DNA from: Amphiscolops sp. MND2022
Lineage: Eukaryota
Length of the DNA stretch: 64,000 bases
Assembly: GCA_964187785.1 (NCBI GenBank)
Contig: OZ076409.1
Span: forward strand, 59,522,001 to 59,586,000
Reading direction: 5' to 3'
Numbering within the stretch: the first letter of the stretch is position 1; every line of letters begins with the position of its first letter. This document shows, piece after piece, positions 13,421-24,753 of the stretch. Made by a program: the position numbers and the translations under genes. The notes under the pieces are model-generated. The model was not told the origin of the DNA and did not search any database. It was given only the letters and a program-made list of their open reading frames with translations.

Positions 13421-14380
13421 TTTCCCCAAAAATAGCCATGTTCCAATGTCATGCCCAAATTAAAGGGGTTCTCCCATAAAACTCAACTCCCTAAACTTAG
13501 TTTCATGCGATAGGTACTTGTAGTTGGTTTTGAACTTTTCTGGTTAGGACCAAAATGACACCAGAAGTGGTTTGCAAAATTTTGAATTTGCAAAATTTTC
13601 ACCTTTTCATGCAATTTTTATGCAGTCTTCGTGGGTTAGAATATTCAAAACGTCCCGAAATGAAAGGAAGCAGCTATCAAGAGAGCTGCTTGCAAGTGAA
13701 ATCAAATGTTTTGGGAAAAGAGTATTTCAAATGACCACAAACTTCCATAAATGCAAAGCTTTCCAATTTCTTTTAAAAAACCTTTTCTGTAGATTTTGGT
13801 ACAGGATTAGAACTTTTTGGTGGAATTAAACATACGAAAAGTTCCGTGACGAACAAACCAGCTATCCAAGACGCTTTTTAAAAGAGATATCTGAGTTGTT
13901 TCTTCAAAAGTGACTCTCAAAAAGGTCCCAATTTATTTTAAAAGTTTGTTTTCCAATTTCTGACAATTTCAAGAAAATTTTCAATTAGTTTTCGGACGTT
14001 TCGAAGGATACGATCATTCTGATAGTTCAACGACGAAGAACTTATTTATCCCGTACGCTGTTACAAAGAATAATCCGATGTTTTTCGCAGGCTAAAAAAT
14101 AATCCGAAAATGTTAGAAAACAATTTTGTGACTACTTTGGGCAATTTTTGTAACTTTGGGTAATGTTTCGTTTTCGAATATTTCGAGCAATTCAAATGCC
14201 CAAAGAGTTCGTCCACGAAACAAACCGTACGCTTTTACGACGAGTAATCGTATTTGACAAATAAGTCACCTTTTCGAAATTTTTGAAAGTGTTAGAATGT
14301 CTATAATTCCACATCGACACACGCAGCTATCGAACATACTTCCATGCTTTTTGTTCAAAAAATACAAAGAGACGTCCAAA

Positions 14381-14969
14381 AAAGCCGGGAACGGCATAAG
14401 TCGGCGCCCCGCTTTAAAATAGCGTCAAGTGTTTTCTTCTACCCAAAAATCCCAGAGAGGGACCAATTTGGCGCACCGGGGACGGCTAGCGCGGGCCGCT
14501 GGCGCGCTAGTTTTTTTTACACGGAGTCCCACCTTTAATGAAAGGCAACTTACTTCGAATACAACTTCAAAAGTTCGATGTAACGTGCTGGACCACCACC
14601 TAATTTCAAGACGAAAAATCATAATTTAATAAATTTCACAAAGTCAAAAAATGTAAAATGGGGGACCTTTTCGGTTTTTCTAATACCCAACTTGTCGCAA
14701 AATATCAAAGAAATGAATGGAGACAGTAAAAAATTTTCTTAGAAAAGTCCCACAGGGCCGAAAAAATCCCAATGGCACCGAAAAAAAGTCTAATATACAA
14801 TATTAGACTCAAAAAGGAACAACTATTATAGTTCAGTTCCCTGGGCCAAATGGTACAATTTGGCTCCTTAAAATTTTGTAGAACTTTTAGAACTATTTGG
14901 GTCAGTTTGTGTGGATTGAAAAAAGTCACTATTATAGTCGCGCTTCAATTCATGAAGAGCCGACTAAAA
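14381..14969 (+). mobile_element. Family A Helentron-like copy
   Basis: AAGCCGGGAACGGCATAAGTCGGCGCC start; TATAGTCGCG..GAGCCGACTAAAA end. Confidence 0.55.
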
Positions 14970-16039
14970 TTCAATAATACTTTCAGATTCCAACCGTTTC
15001 GAGCAATATCAGTACAATTTTTGTCTGGGTATGAACGAATGCAGAGTTCAAAAGCAAAACATTCATTGATTTATGAGAGCTTTCATTAGAGAAATCAGAA
15101 GTGAATTAATTTAAAAAGCCTTTACACCTTTCTTTCTTTCTTTTGATGAATGCATTTTATTCAATTTGACACCTTGATGCAATTTCAGCCCAACTTCTGG
15201 ATATTTTAGAGGGTCTTACTTTAGAGGGAAGACAGATTCCAGATATGAAATGAGTATCTATTTAGCAAGATCTTTCGAAGAGAAACCCGAGGTTCGTAAT
15301 TTAAAAGAAGCCTTTCGATGACCCCAAAAAGCAAAAAAAGCGAATGTTCCAATTTTTGACGAATTAGTGATCTATGGGACGAACATTGGGAACGATTGTT
15401 CAGTGCATTCTTGAAAAATCTCTAATAAAATGGTTATCGCTAAATAAATTCGCTAATAAAATCTTTCCCAGTCGCTAATTAACGATATTACTGTGTCCAA
15501 GATACAACAAGCCAGGATCGGCCCAAGTCGGCGCTCAAATATGCAAAGGACACTATCTTCAAACTTTTTCAAATTTATCAGTGCCGAAAAATACCCCAAG
15601 GAATACGCATAAGACTCGGAAATAACTTTTTCCTCAACTGGAAACACAAAAAACCCATTGCTGAAAATTAATTTTCTGTCAATTTTTTCCGTGAGTCGCA
15701 TAGTGCCGAAAACTTTATAAAAACATATAGGCTCCCAAAAGCTGTTGTTTCTGCTGAAAATCGAGGGAGGGAGTTTAGGTTTGGAAAAAAATCTGAAAAA
15801 AATCGCGTAGTGCCAAAAAATTCTAGGGGACCCTTTGGTCTCCCCCTACTTTTGCAAACATAATATCCGGTATACGTTATATCCAGTTTGCGGTAAATCT
15901 GGCATGGGTTGCGTTATTGTCGAAGGGGACTCCTTAGCACTTTTTACAGCTCAAATGTAGTATGTAGATGGCCAAAAGGGACTTTGCCAAAATTGAAGAA
16001 CTTTTCATAGAACTATTTTGGACAGATCAGGTGTATCGA

Positions 16040-16445
16040 AGAAAACTGACGAAAAGCCATGACTATAGTCGCTCTTTTCAAAAGAAAAGGACCGACTAAA
16101 AATACACCATAGCCACTGTGAAAAAAAACTGACGAAAAGCCATGACACTATAGTAGCTCTTTTCAAAAGAAAAGCGCTGACTTAAAAAAAGCGCTGACAA
16201 AAGAAAAGGACCGACTAAAAATACACCATAGCCACTGTGAAAAAAAACTGACGAAAAGCCATGACACTATAGTAGCTCTTTTCAAAAGAAAAGCGCTGAC
16301 TTAAAAAAAGCGCTGACAAAAGAAAAGGACCGACTAAAAATACACCATAGCCACTGTGAAAAAAACTGACGAAAAGCCATGACACTATAGTAGCTCTTTT
16401 CAAAAGAAAAGCGCTGACTTAAAAAATACACCAAAGCCACTGTGG
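16040..16445 (+). repeat. Tandem repeat (about 119-bp unit, about 3.4 copies) built from the 3' end of a family A element
   Basis: The unit AAAACTGACGAAAAGCCATGAC..GGACCGACTAAAAATACACCATAGCCACTGTG is repeated. Confidence 0.8.
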
Positions 16446-17189
16446 CTCTTGATTGTTACTTTTATCCGATATCTGGCACTGCTAAGTATGCAGATTCCAC
16501 ATTAATTCCCTGTACACCATAATGGGGAGACTTAGAAAATATCAATTGAGAACTAACTTGTGAACCAGTTGTGGAGGGCTTCATCTGTTCCAAGTGATCA
16601 ACTAGCTGTATGGCAGTCACCCCACATTTGCTGGATTGACTCAACAACTGCGGAAGCAGCCGTACCAGAGGAACAACCAACGAAGAAAACTCTGCAACAT
16701 ACACACAACATACTTCACGGCTCAATTTTTCTTGAGTCTTTGTTTCAGTGGGGCTCCATAAAAAACAATGCGTCGACTCGGACTTCTTACACCCACGTAA
16801 AACATGTGTAAGTCATAAAAAAATTCGGTATCTGAATTAGGTCGGGCTGTCTCTCAGATGAGAGGTCAAATGTTCGATAATTGCCTCATTTGTACTTTCC
16901 GAGATGTGACGTTGTTGTAGCATACAACCCGCCCAAAAAGTAGCTATTTAAAAAAGGTATCGAAATGAAAACACCGGAAAGGGGCAAGTCAGTTGATGGG
17001 TATGAATAGTGTCAATAGGTGGATACGAGCTGCACGGCCTCTTGGCAGTACAAATGACAGTCCAGCGGAACTAGAATTGAAACAGAACGAAACGCAAAGC
17101 TGCAGAGTGGATGCTCATTTGATGAAGCAATATCGCAGTTTTATCGCTTGTAATTGAATCATTGAGGGCTCCAACATCTCTCCTTTTGT

Positions 17190-17440
17190 ATAATAGCGCT
17201 CATGGATGTCTCAACCTGAGTGACCACGCGTTTCAGAATTGTTACGTAGAATCGAGCCCCAGCGCGCAAAGTAGTGCGAAGCCTACTTTCGTCCTGATAT
17301 ATCCGAAAACCTCAGCATTTGGTTCTGAGGTTTTCTCACACAGTTTAGGCGCAAGTCTTGATAAAATTGTTGAAGCGGATGGTCCGGCTCCTTTAGTCGC
17401 TAAGACGAGCTGGATATCTTTCAATACTTATCAAGAGTGA
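17190..17440 (-). pseudogene. C-terminal (restriction-like endonuclease) fragment of a CRE-type non-LTR retrotransposon, inverted relative to the RT fragment
   Basis: LVLATKGAGPSASTILSRLAPKLCEKTSEPNAEVFGYIRTKVGFALL resembles the PLVxxTxGGxGxxAxxFLxRLA..IRxRLSFALL tail of CRE-clade ORFs. Confidence 0.55.
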
Positions 17441-17617
17441 GGTACTTGCGTTTTTACTTGAACTGAATGGCTAGGAGACATTCTGGACTCAATGGCTATG
17501 GCTAGTTTCTTGGTTTGTTGCTGGAAAAGTCTGTCCTGCACCTGTCGGATTCGTTAAGCAACTCGTACAAATCACATTCCCGGCTGTTTGTTAATGGGAA
17601 AAGTTTTATCTCAGAGG

Positions 17618-18759
17618 CAGGGATGGACGATATCTATCCATGATATATATCATTGATATATATCACGATATCTATCCGATATTTATTTAATAAATATCAT
17701 GATATATATCAGAATTAACCGTTACAGAAAAGTTTCAGGTAGAAATGGGACGAAAACAGGCTGATGTTTGGGAAAAATTTGAACGAACTTAGAAAACAAG
17801 GCAACAGTGGGACTTGGGCTGTTTGCAAAACTTGTAGAGCAGGAATGCAGGGTATTCCCGAAAGAAAGTCAAAGCACATTGACGCATGCGAAAGTGAATG
17901 TCCTCCAAAGGTGCCCAAGAAAACAAACATGACAATGTGTGGATTCGTGTCTTCGACCAAACTATCTGAAAAACAACAAATTGACCAAGCTATTGCGGAG
18001 TACTTTTATGCAACTAACACTCCATTTCAAAGAGTGGAGCACCCGAGTTTTCGAAAATTGATCAAATTATTACGTCCGAGCTACAATCCACCTAATCGCA
18101 AGTATCTTTTAAATTAGTTATCAAACGAAATTCATGCTAAATGCCAAGAAAAAACTAAAAAATTGTTAGAAAAGGAGCAGGTGACTGTGAGTTTAGCCGA
18201 AAATGAAATCAATAAGGGTGTGAGCGACTTTGGGTTTAAAGTTGTGGGCTTTGTGACCGACAACACCGGAAATGTTGCTAAATTGCGACCAAATTTGAGT
18301 ATGGAAGAAAATTACAAAGACGTGCAAGATCCTCGCCTTCTGACAGTGATTGCACAATACAGGGGCAAGGCAGCTCCTTTCTTGAAGCCATTCTATGATA
18401 CTGCAAAAAGTGTTTCTGCGAAAGACTGGTGGAATATCGTGGACATTGACCAGGATTTGAAGGAGATTATTCAAGGTTTTCTGACATGCAATCCATCGAC
18501 AGCACCATTGGAGAGACTATTTTCAACTTACGGATGGATCCACGACGAACATCGAAATCGAATGGGCAACGAATAGGCGTCCAAACTATTGTTTTGTTTT
18601 AAGACATTGAATAAAACGATTGAATCATTACTGAAAAAAAAATAATTCGTTTTTGAAATGAAACACTCTTTTTAAAAAATATCAAAAATATCAAGCAAAA
18701 AAGGAAAATATCCGATATTTTTGATATTTATATAAATATCGGATATTTTTCCATCCCTG
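17618..18759 (+). mobile_element. hAT DNA transposon, internally deleted (1142 bp)
   Basis: TIRs CAGGGATGGA/TCCATCCCTG (Ac-like); 8-bp TSD CTCAGAGG/CTCAGAGA; GATAT/ATATC subterminal repeats. Transposase remnants include a BED-finger-like DVWEKF..CKTC, FQRVEHPSFRKLIKLLRPSY, and the C-terminal dimerisation region WW..PSTAPLERLFS..HRNRM. Confidence 0.9.
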
Positions 18760-19602
18760 CTCAGAGAGTACACCTCAGGGACACCCCTTGCAAAGGTAAT
18801 GTACGGAGTTGCAAGCATGCCACAAATCAAATCGGTCGCAGATGGTGCTACTCGCCAGAAATTCCCGATGACGGTAATGCACTAGGAAAAGTAAATCGAA
18901 AGATATCGGAATTGTTTCTAGACACCGAGTACTAGTGTCAACGATTGCAATAGCATCCGCTGAAGCATGTAACGCTCATAAAAAACCATGGAAGAATTCC
19001 AACACAAAATCGAAAAGTTGGCACTCCACTCTAAACAGTACCCACAAAACGGTTATCACACGTTCACTAAAGGTATTCAAAACATCTTTTTAATCTCGAA
19101 CAACACCAGAGATGATACCCTTCCTTCATGAAGCAGAGATGTCGTTTTCAGAAAGTTTGCTACCAGTGCTGATCGGCGGAAGAAGGTACTGGAAACATGA
19201 GACTTCGCTTCAGCCAACCACCAAGAAACGGTGACATGAATCTAATAACTCCCGAAGATCGCAAAAGAAAAAAATGAGAAACCCAAAATAGTCAGTGCCT
19301 CGCAAATGAATATCCAGTCACCGCTGAAAACAAATCATGCGAGCTCATTTTCACACTTACGAAATCCGTATTAAGAAACGGTTTGGTCCTCTGTTATGGA
19401 TGGGAGCCACAAAACATCAAAAAAACATCCTAGTATTATGCAAGTTGCTGAGGCGGTCAGATCGTCTTGTAGAATCATCCATGGGCGCAATGGTTGAGGA
19501 ACGGAACCTCTCCTCTAATTAAGTGACGAACATTGGCACTTTTCAAAGTGCAAGAAAACTACACATTTTCGTGACTTAGAGTGGGCACGGCCCTTTTCGA
19601 AG

Positions 19603-22600
19603 TGTTCTATCTTATCGGAAGGGAAAGAAAGAGGAATGTATTCAATGGCATTTGAATCAACTTCTGTGGTTGGTGTTATGTCTTGTTGTATGTCTTCTGT
19701 CTCATTCGTCTTTTCCAGGTACATTTGCAGGCTGATTCGTCCAGGTGATTTTTGTTCGGATCTGTTTCTTATCAGCTTCTTTTTCCCCGTCCGTATACAG
19801 GGCTTACTTCAGTGGGGATTTGTAGTGTTGTCTCCAGCATGCTCTCTTCTAGAATTGGAGTGGTCTCTTATTGGTTGTTCCGAGTCCGTTGTCGGCTCTG
19901 ATTTGTTAAGCATTATTGGTGTAAATCGGCCGTCCGACCAACGCGGGTTTTCTCCTCGTCTGGAAAGTGGATTCTGAAATGTAGATTCCAACGGTTTGCT
20001 TACTGTTTTCCTGTGTATTATTTTCTTTTTGTCCATCGTAACTGTGCGTTTCGTTGGGGCTACTGCTATTTCTGGTTTAGTGTCGCATGCCCTTTCAAAT
20101 TTGTTTTTGTTTACTTTCTTTTCAAGAAAGAGATATGGAAATTCATCACTAAAGTCCTCTTTGAGTTTGCGGGGTCCCTTCACCAGTTGATCGTGGTGTC
20201 CTTCGCTGTTCGAGAATGTGTACCTGCAGTGTTTCTGGCTTTGCTGAAATAACATTTGTGTTAGCGTTTGGGGACTGATTTAAATAGTTGGTTGTTCCCT
20301 TCTAAGTTTTCTTCCGTACTGTCGTTAGAAGCAGGGCAAGGTTTTTAATAGTTAGTCATTTGTTGTCTTCGTGGCGATTATTTTCAAATCTGTGGAGAAT
20401 TTTTGTTCGACCTGTCACACCGTATCCTCCAAATTTTACTCCTTGTTTTCTTGGACGTGGCTTGCCTGTCCCATTTGTATGTATCTGACTCCCGTGGTTC
20501 CAAGATACTTCTTAAAGTTAATTGCCGGTACGTCCATTGAGTCGTTTGAATTGGCGGATGTGGTTTCTTCGCTGTGGTCATCCGTTTCTTTCATTGGTGC
20601 TTTATTACTGGTCCCTTGCTCGTTCTTGTTTTGGATGGGTGTGTTTATTTTCTCTATCACTCTGAACATTTCTTCTCGTCTGCTTTTTTCCTCCGGGGTC
20701 TCTTGATTTTGTTGTTCCATTCTTTTCCAAATCAGTTTGTTGATCTTTTGGTGTAATTCTATTTCAATCCGTTTGATTTCCATTTGGTGAAATCTTGGTG
20801 GGTAGTATTTCTTCCAAACTCCAATTGTCATTTTGTAATCATGTGGTTTCATCAATTCTTTCCATCTATATGTTAGAGCAAGTTTTTCTGCTGAGGGGTC
20901 TTCTCTTTCTAATTGTTCGATCTATTTGTAATCCATTTTTTTGTAATCCTGAATTTTTTGTACGTGAGTGGTAACGTCTGAAACTTTCTGTTGAGTTAGT
21001 AACAACGAACTGCGATCGTTCGGTTTACTGTCCCTTGACATTGGTTTGCCTTGGTAGTTGGTTTGTGATTGGTCGATTTTCGGTTGACACTTCTTTGAAC
21101 GGTCCGTTCGCGTTTCTTTCATCTTTGACTCGTTGATGCTGCCTTGATTGTTGATGACCTGAAATAATGGTATTATGCAAGTAATTACGTACTCTTCGTC
21201 GTAATTTCCCATTGGCTCTGGTTCTGACACTGGATTTCTGCTCAAGAAATATGTTAATCCTAGGTGTTTGCCTGCGATATGTTTTATCTTGATGTCAAAG
21301 TTTGCCAATCTGTCTAGCCATAGTGTTAGTCTTGCGCTGTATGTTTTATTTGATCTGTTTCATTTTATTAGTGGTTTTAGCGCTTGATGGTCTGTTAGTT
21401 ATTCAATTGGTCGTCCATGTGTATGGAGCCTGAAATGTTTCAGTCCCCGTACTACCGTGAGTAGCACCTGTTCGTTTATTGCAAACTTCTTCTCAGTGTC
21501 GGATAAAAATCTACTTACGTATCCGACCGGTTTTAAATTACCATCTTTCTGTCGTTGCCACAGTGTTGCTCTCAATCCTTTTGTACTGGCGTCCGTTGTT
21601 AGAATGTTTTCGTTGTTTGCGTTATAGTGAGCTAGGCATGGAATATTTGAATATTTATTGAATGCGTTGGTATGTTCTTTTGTCCAGTTCCATTCGTTTT
21701 GTATATTCAACAGCTTTCTCAGGATTTCAGTGTTAGCAGATAAATTTTCGATATATTTTGACAGGTACTGGATCGCTACTGGGAAGGGTTTTAATTCCCT
21801 TTCGTTTTTCGGTGTGGTTATTTTTGGTATTGCTTCAAATTTATCTTGCAGTGGTCGTATTCCTGGTTGGTCAAATTCATCGCCCACCGATTCAATTTCT
21901 TTTTGAAGAATTCGCACTTTATTGGGTTTAGTCTGTACCCAGCATCTAATTTTAACTTCGTTTCTCTAACATCTGCTTCGTGTTTCTTTACATTTCCTTT
22001 CGTTACTATTATTGTCATCGAGCCATGCCTGGTGTTTGTTTTCCAAAGTTTTATCAATCCGTTCCTGGAAGATTGTTGGAATATCTGTCACTCCGTAGAA
22101 TCCTTTCAAGAAGCGATAATATCCAGTGAATTCTCCGCCTGTGACAGTAAATATGCGTAGAGTTCTTGTCTTTTAATCTAGTTTGATTTGTCCATATGCA
22201 ATATCGAAGTATAATTTTGTCGCCAGGATATTGCCGTCTACTCCTTCTGATATTTTTCTCGAAATTCTTGAAATTAATTTTCCATGTTAGGCATTTGTGC
22301 TTTCGTTTTATTATTGTTACTTCGTTCAATTTTCCTGAGTCTAATGCTATTTTGATTGATTTGTCTTTCTTTACTGTTATTACTGCGGGGCTCACAAAGC
22401 AATCTTCAGTTATTTCGGTTGATCGTTCCAGGTATCCACTTTCAATCAATCGTTTTAATTCTTTTGCGACTTGTTCTTGTAGGTGCATTAGTCGTCCTTT
22501 TTGTTGTACTATTTGTGCCCCTTTCAGGTTGATTTTCACTGATAGATACTTGAGTTCTTTGTTATTGTAGAATATATCCTTGAATTCCTTTTTGAGTTGG

Positions 22601-24291
22601 GCCAATTTCTTTCGGCATCATTCATTTTGAAGTTGAGTATTATTGGTGTCGCTGTTATTGGTGTTGAGATGTATTCCCAACCGTTGCATCCAATTTAATC
22701 CCATCAACGGATGTTGTTGCTTCTGTTATAAACAGTGGTAATTCTAGCGTTTTGTTGTTTGTTTTCACTGTCGCTTTCGTTTGTTCAACGAATTCAATTC
22801 TTTGGTTGTTTACATATTTATAAGTGGTAATTAATGGTTTCACTTTAATTGTTTTTTTGAATAAGCAATTTGGGATTAATGTAACTGGTGATCCGCTGTC
22901 ATAATGAATTTGATTGGTCTCTCATTAACCAATAGCGTTGTATTATACAATACTCTCTCATCGTTACCATCTACCTTCTGTATTTTGTTGTAATCCCAGT
23001 TGTCTTCTGCTGATGCCTTTCTTTCGATGTGTTGTATTTTCTTCAGTGATCTGCACATTCTCTCGTAGTGTCCCCTTTTGCAGTTACGACACTCTGCAGA
23101 TTTTGCTGGGCAGTTGTGCATTCTGAACCAATTTGGCGCACCGCACTGTCCGCACCGGTTGTCTTTGTATTTTTGTTTTTGGCTGTCCGGTTTTTTTATA
23201 GGTCTTTCGTAACTGGATTTATCAGACCATTTTCGTTTGTATTGTCGTTCTTGGATGTGTTGTATCTCCCTGCCATCGTTTGAATTATTTGAATCGTTTA
23301 ACCTGTCATGCATGTACTCGTGTATCAGGTCCGTAATTCTTTCAATGGTCATGTTGCTCTTTATTTTCTTCTTTAGCTCAATCACCCGTTGATCTTCCAA
23401 TTAATGATAAAAATTTTGAGGCTAAGAATTCTGCAGGGGTCACATTTTCAAATTCACAAATCTTTTCTACTAGCAAAATTCTTGTCCAGACGTCTTCGGC
23501 TGTTTCACATTTCTCTCGTGTGATTCCGAAGAAGTCCGCGGCTTTGAAATTTTTTGTTTTGGAATAAAATGTAGTCTGAACAACGAATATACTTGGTTTA
23601 TATCCATTCTGTTCGGATCGTTGTCTCTAACGGTTCTCGTCATCTCAGTGATGGCGGATTCGCCCAGTGCCCATATGAAGAGGTCTTTGATCCGTTGTTC
23701 CAGTTCGTCTCGATATTGATCAAGTATTTCTATGTCTGTAGTCATAATGTTCAGATCGATATTTTGGGTCATTTTTATGTACTGTGTGAATCTACGCCAC
23801 CACAGTTTGGCTTCTTGTATTCCTCTTTTCTTGATGGTGGGTAGGGTTATCTTCTTATGGTTTTTTTCGTTTTTTTTGTGGTTCCCTGTTATGAAGTTTC
23901 TCCATTTGAGGAACTTGTACTTTCCGAATTTTTGTTGCTTTCCATTTCGTTCATTTTGACTGCGCCATGCTGTATCTTATCGGAAGGGTAAGATAAAGGA
24001 AAGTATAGCTTGTAACAATGTTTTGTTATTCGTATTGTATTCAACTGAATTTCATACGAATATGATCACTCTGGTAATAAGATACACATGTACAAGCGTA
24101 TATGGTGAACATAAAAGTTGACAGGTACTTAACTGTCTAGAAGTATTGTGACCTCTATGGTGTAACTCAAGTATCACATAATACATGATGCCACACGAAG
24201 AAAGTAGAGAGAGACGAATGGAGAATGGTATATATATGTTACAAACGTTTAAAATGAAAATCAGCAAATATGTGCAGTCACACTTGTTACA
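19603..24291 (-). mobile_element. Degenerate Ty3/Gypsy (Mag-like) LTR retrotransposon with deleted integrase core
   Basis: 5' LTR 23968-24291; PBS TGGCGCAGTC at 23958-23967 (tRNA-Ser-like); gag with two Cys knuckles (CGQC..., CRNC..HYERMC); protease KFI.DSGSPVTLIP across a frameshift; RT (FVSPAVITVKKDKSIKIALDS); RNase H (TTDAS). Flanks CGAAG/GGAAG match at 4 of 5 positions. Confidence 0.8.
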
Positions 24292-24579
24292 GGAAGTTCA
24301 AACTTGCCGACTTCTTCAATGAGACTTTTACCCCTGAACTTTCATAAGAGAAAGGAAAATCATTTTTAAAAAGTAAATGTTTTTGTTTCTGCTTAAGGGT
24401 TTTGGTATTGTTTGACACGGGAGACTTTCAAAATCTGAAAACAAACAAGTCAAAATTGAATAACAAAATGGATATTTTTCTAACATTTTTGACATTTAGT
24501 TATTAACAGCGATTTATGCAAATGTTGAAGTTTTTAAGCATAACAACTTCGGTAAAACTAGCGTTCAAATCTAACTGAC

Positions 24580-24753
24580 CTACTTTTCTCGTCGTTAAGA
24601 GCAGCTTTGCAGACAACATGAAGCAAATTTTCGCCTCTGAAATTGTGCAGACTGCTCAGATTGAAACTTGACTCGTTCAAGAGTTCGATTCCCACGTAAA
24701 AATCGGTCTCAGAAAACACTTGAAGCATCTTCTCAGCTTTTTCTGCTTCAAAT
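24580..24753 (-). CDS. Probable 5' ankyrin-repeat exon of the NFKBIL1-like gene
   Basis: NFRGENLLHVVCKAA is ankyrin-like; TTTCAG acceptor and GTCAGT donor (phase 2/2); same strand as, and upstream of, the NFKBIL1-like exons. Confidence 0.45.

Larger units (their letters stand above)
17480..24345 (+). mobile_element. Decayed CRE-like non-LTR retrotransposon (RT region), split by hAT and Gypsy insertions
   Basis: Rejoining across the hAT gives LFVNGK..SQE-S/G-T(P)QG(H)PLA.VMYGVA..RQK..DDG, a degenerate EGTTQGDPL/YADD RT pattern. It resumes after the Gypsy element at 24297 as SNLPTS..ETFT. Confidence 0.55.

Noticed and set aside
24011..24291. Separate solo LTR bounded by TGTAACAA...TTGTTACA
   Set aside because: Flanks TAGCT/GGAAG are not a TSD, and the PBS abuts 23968, so the LTR is 23968-24291.
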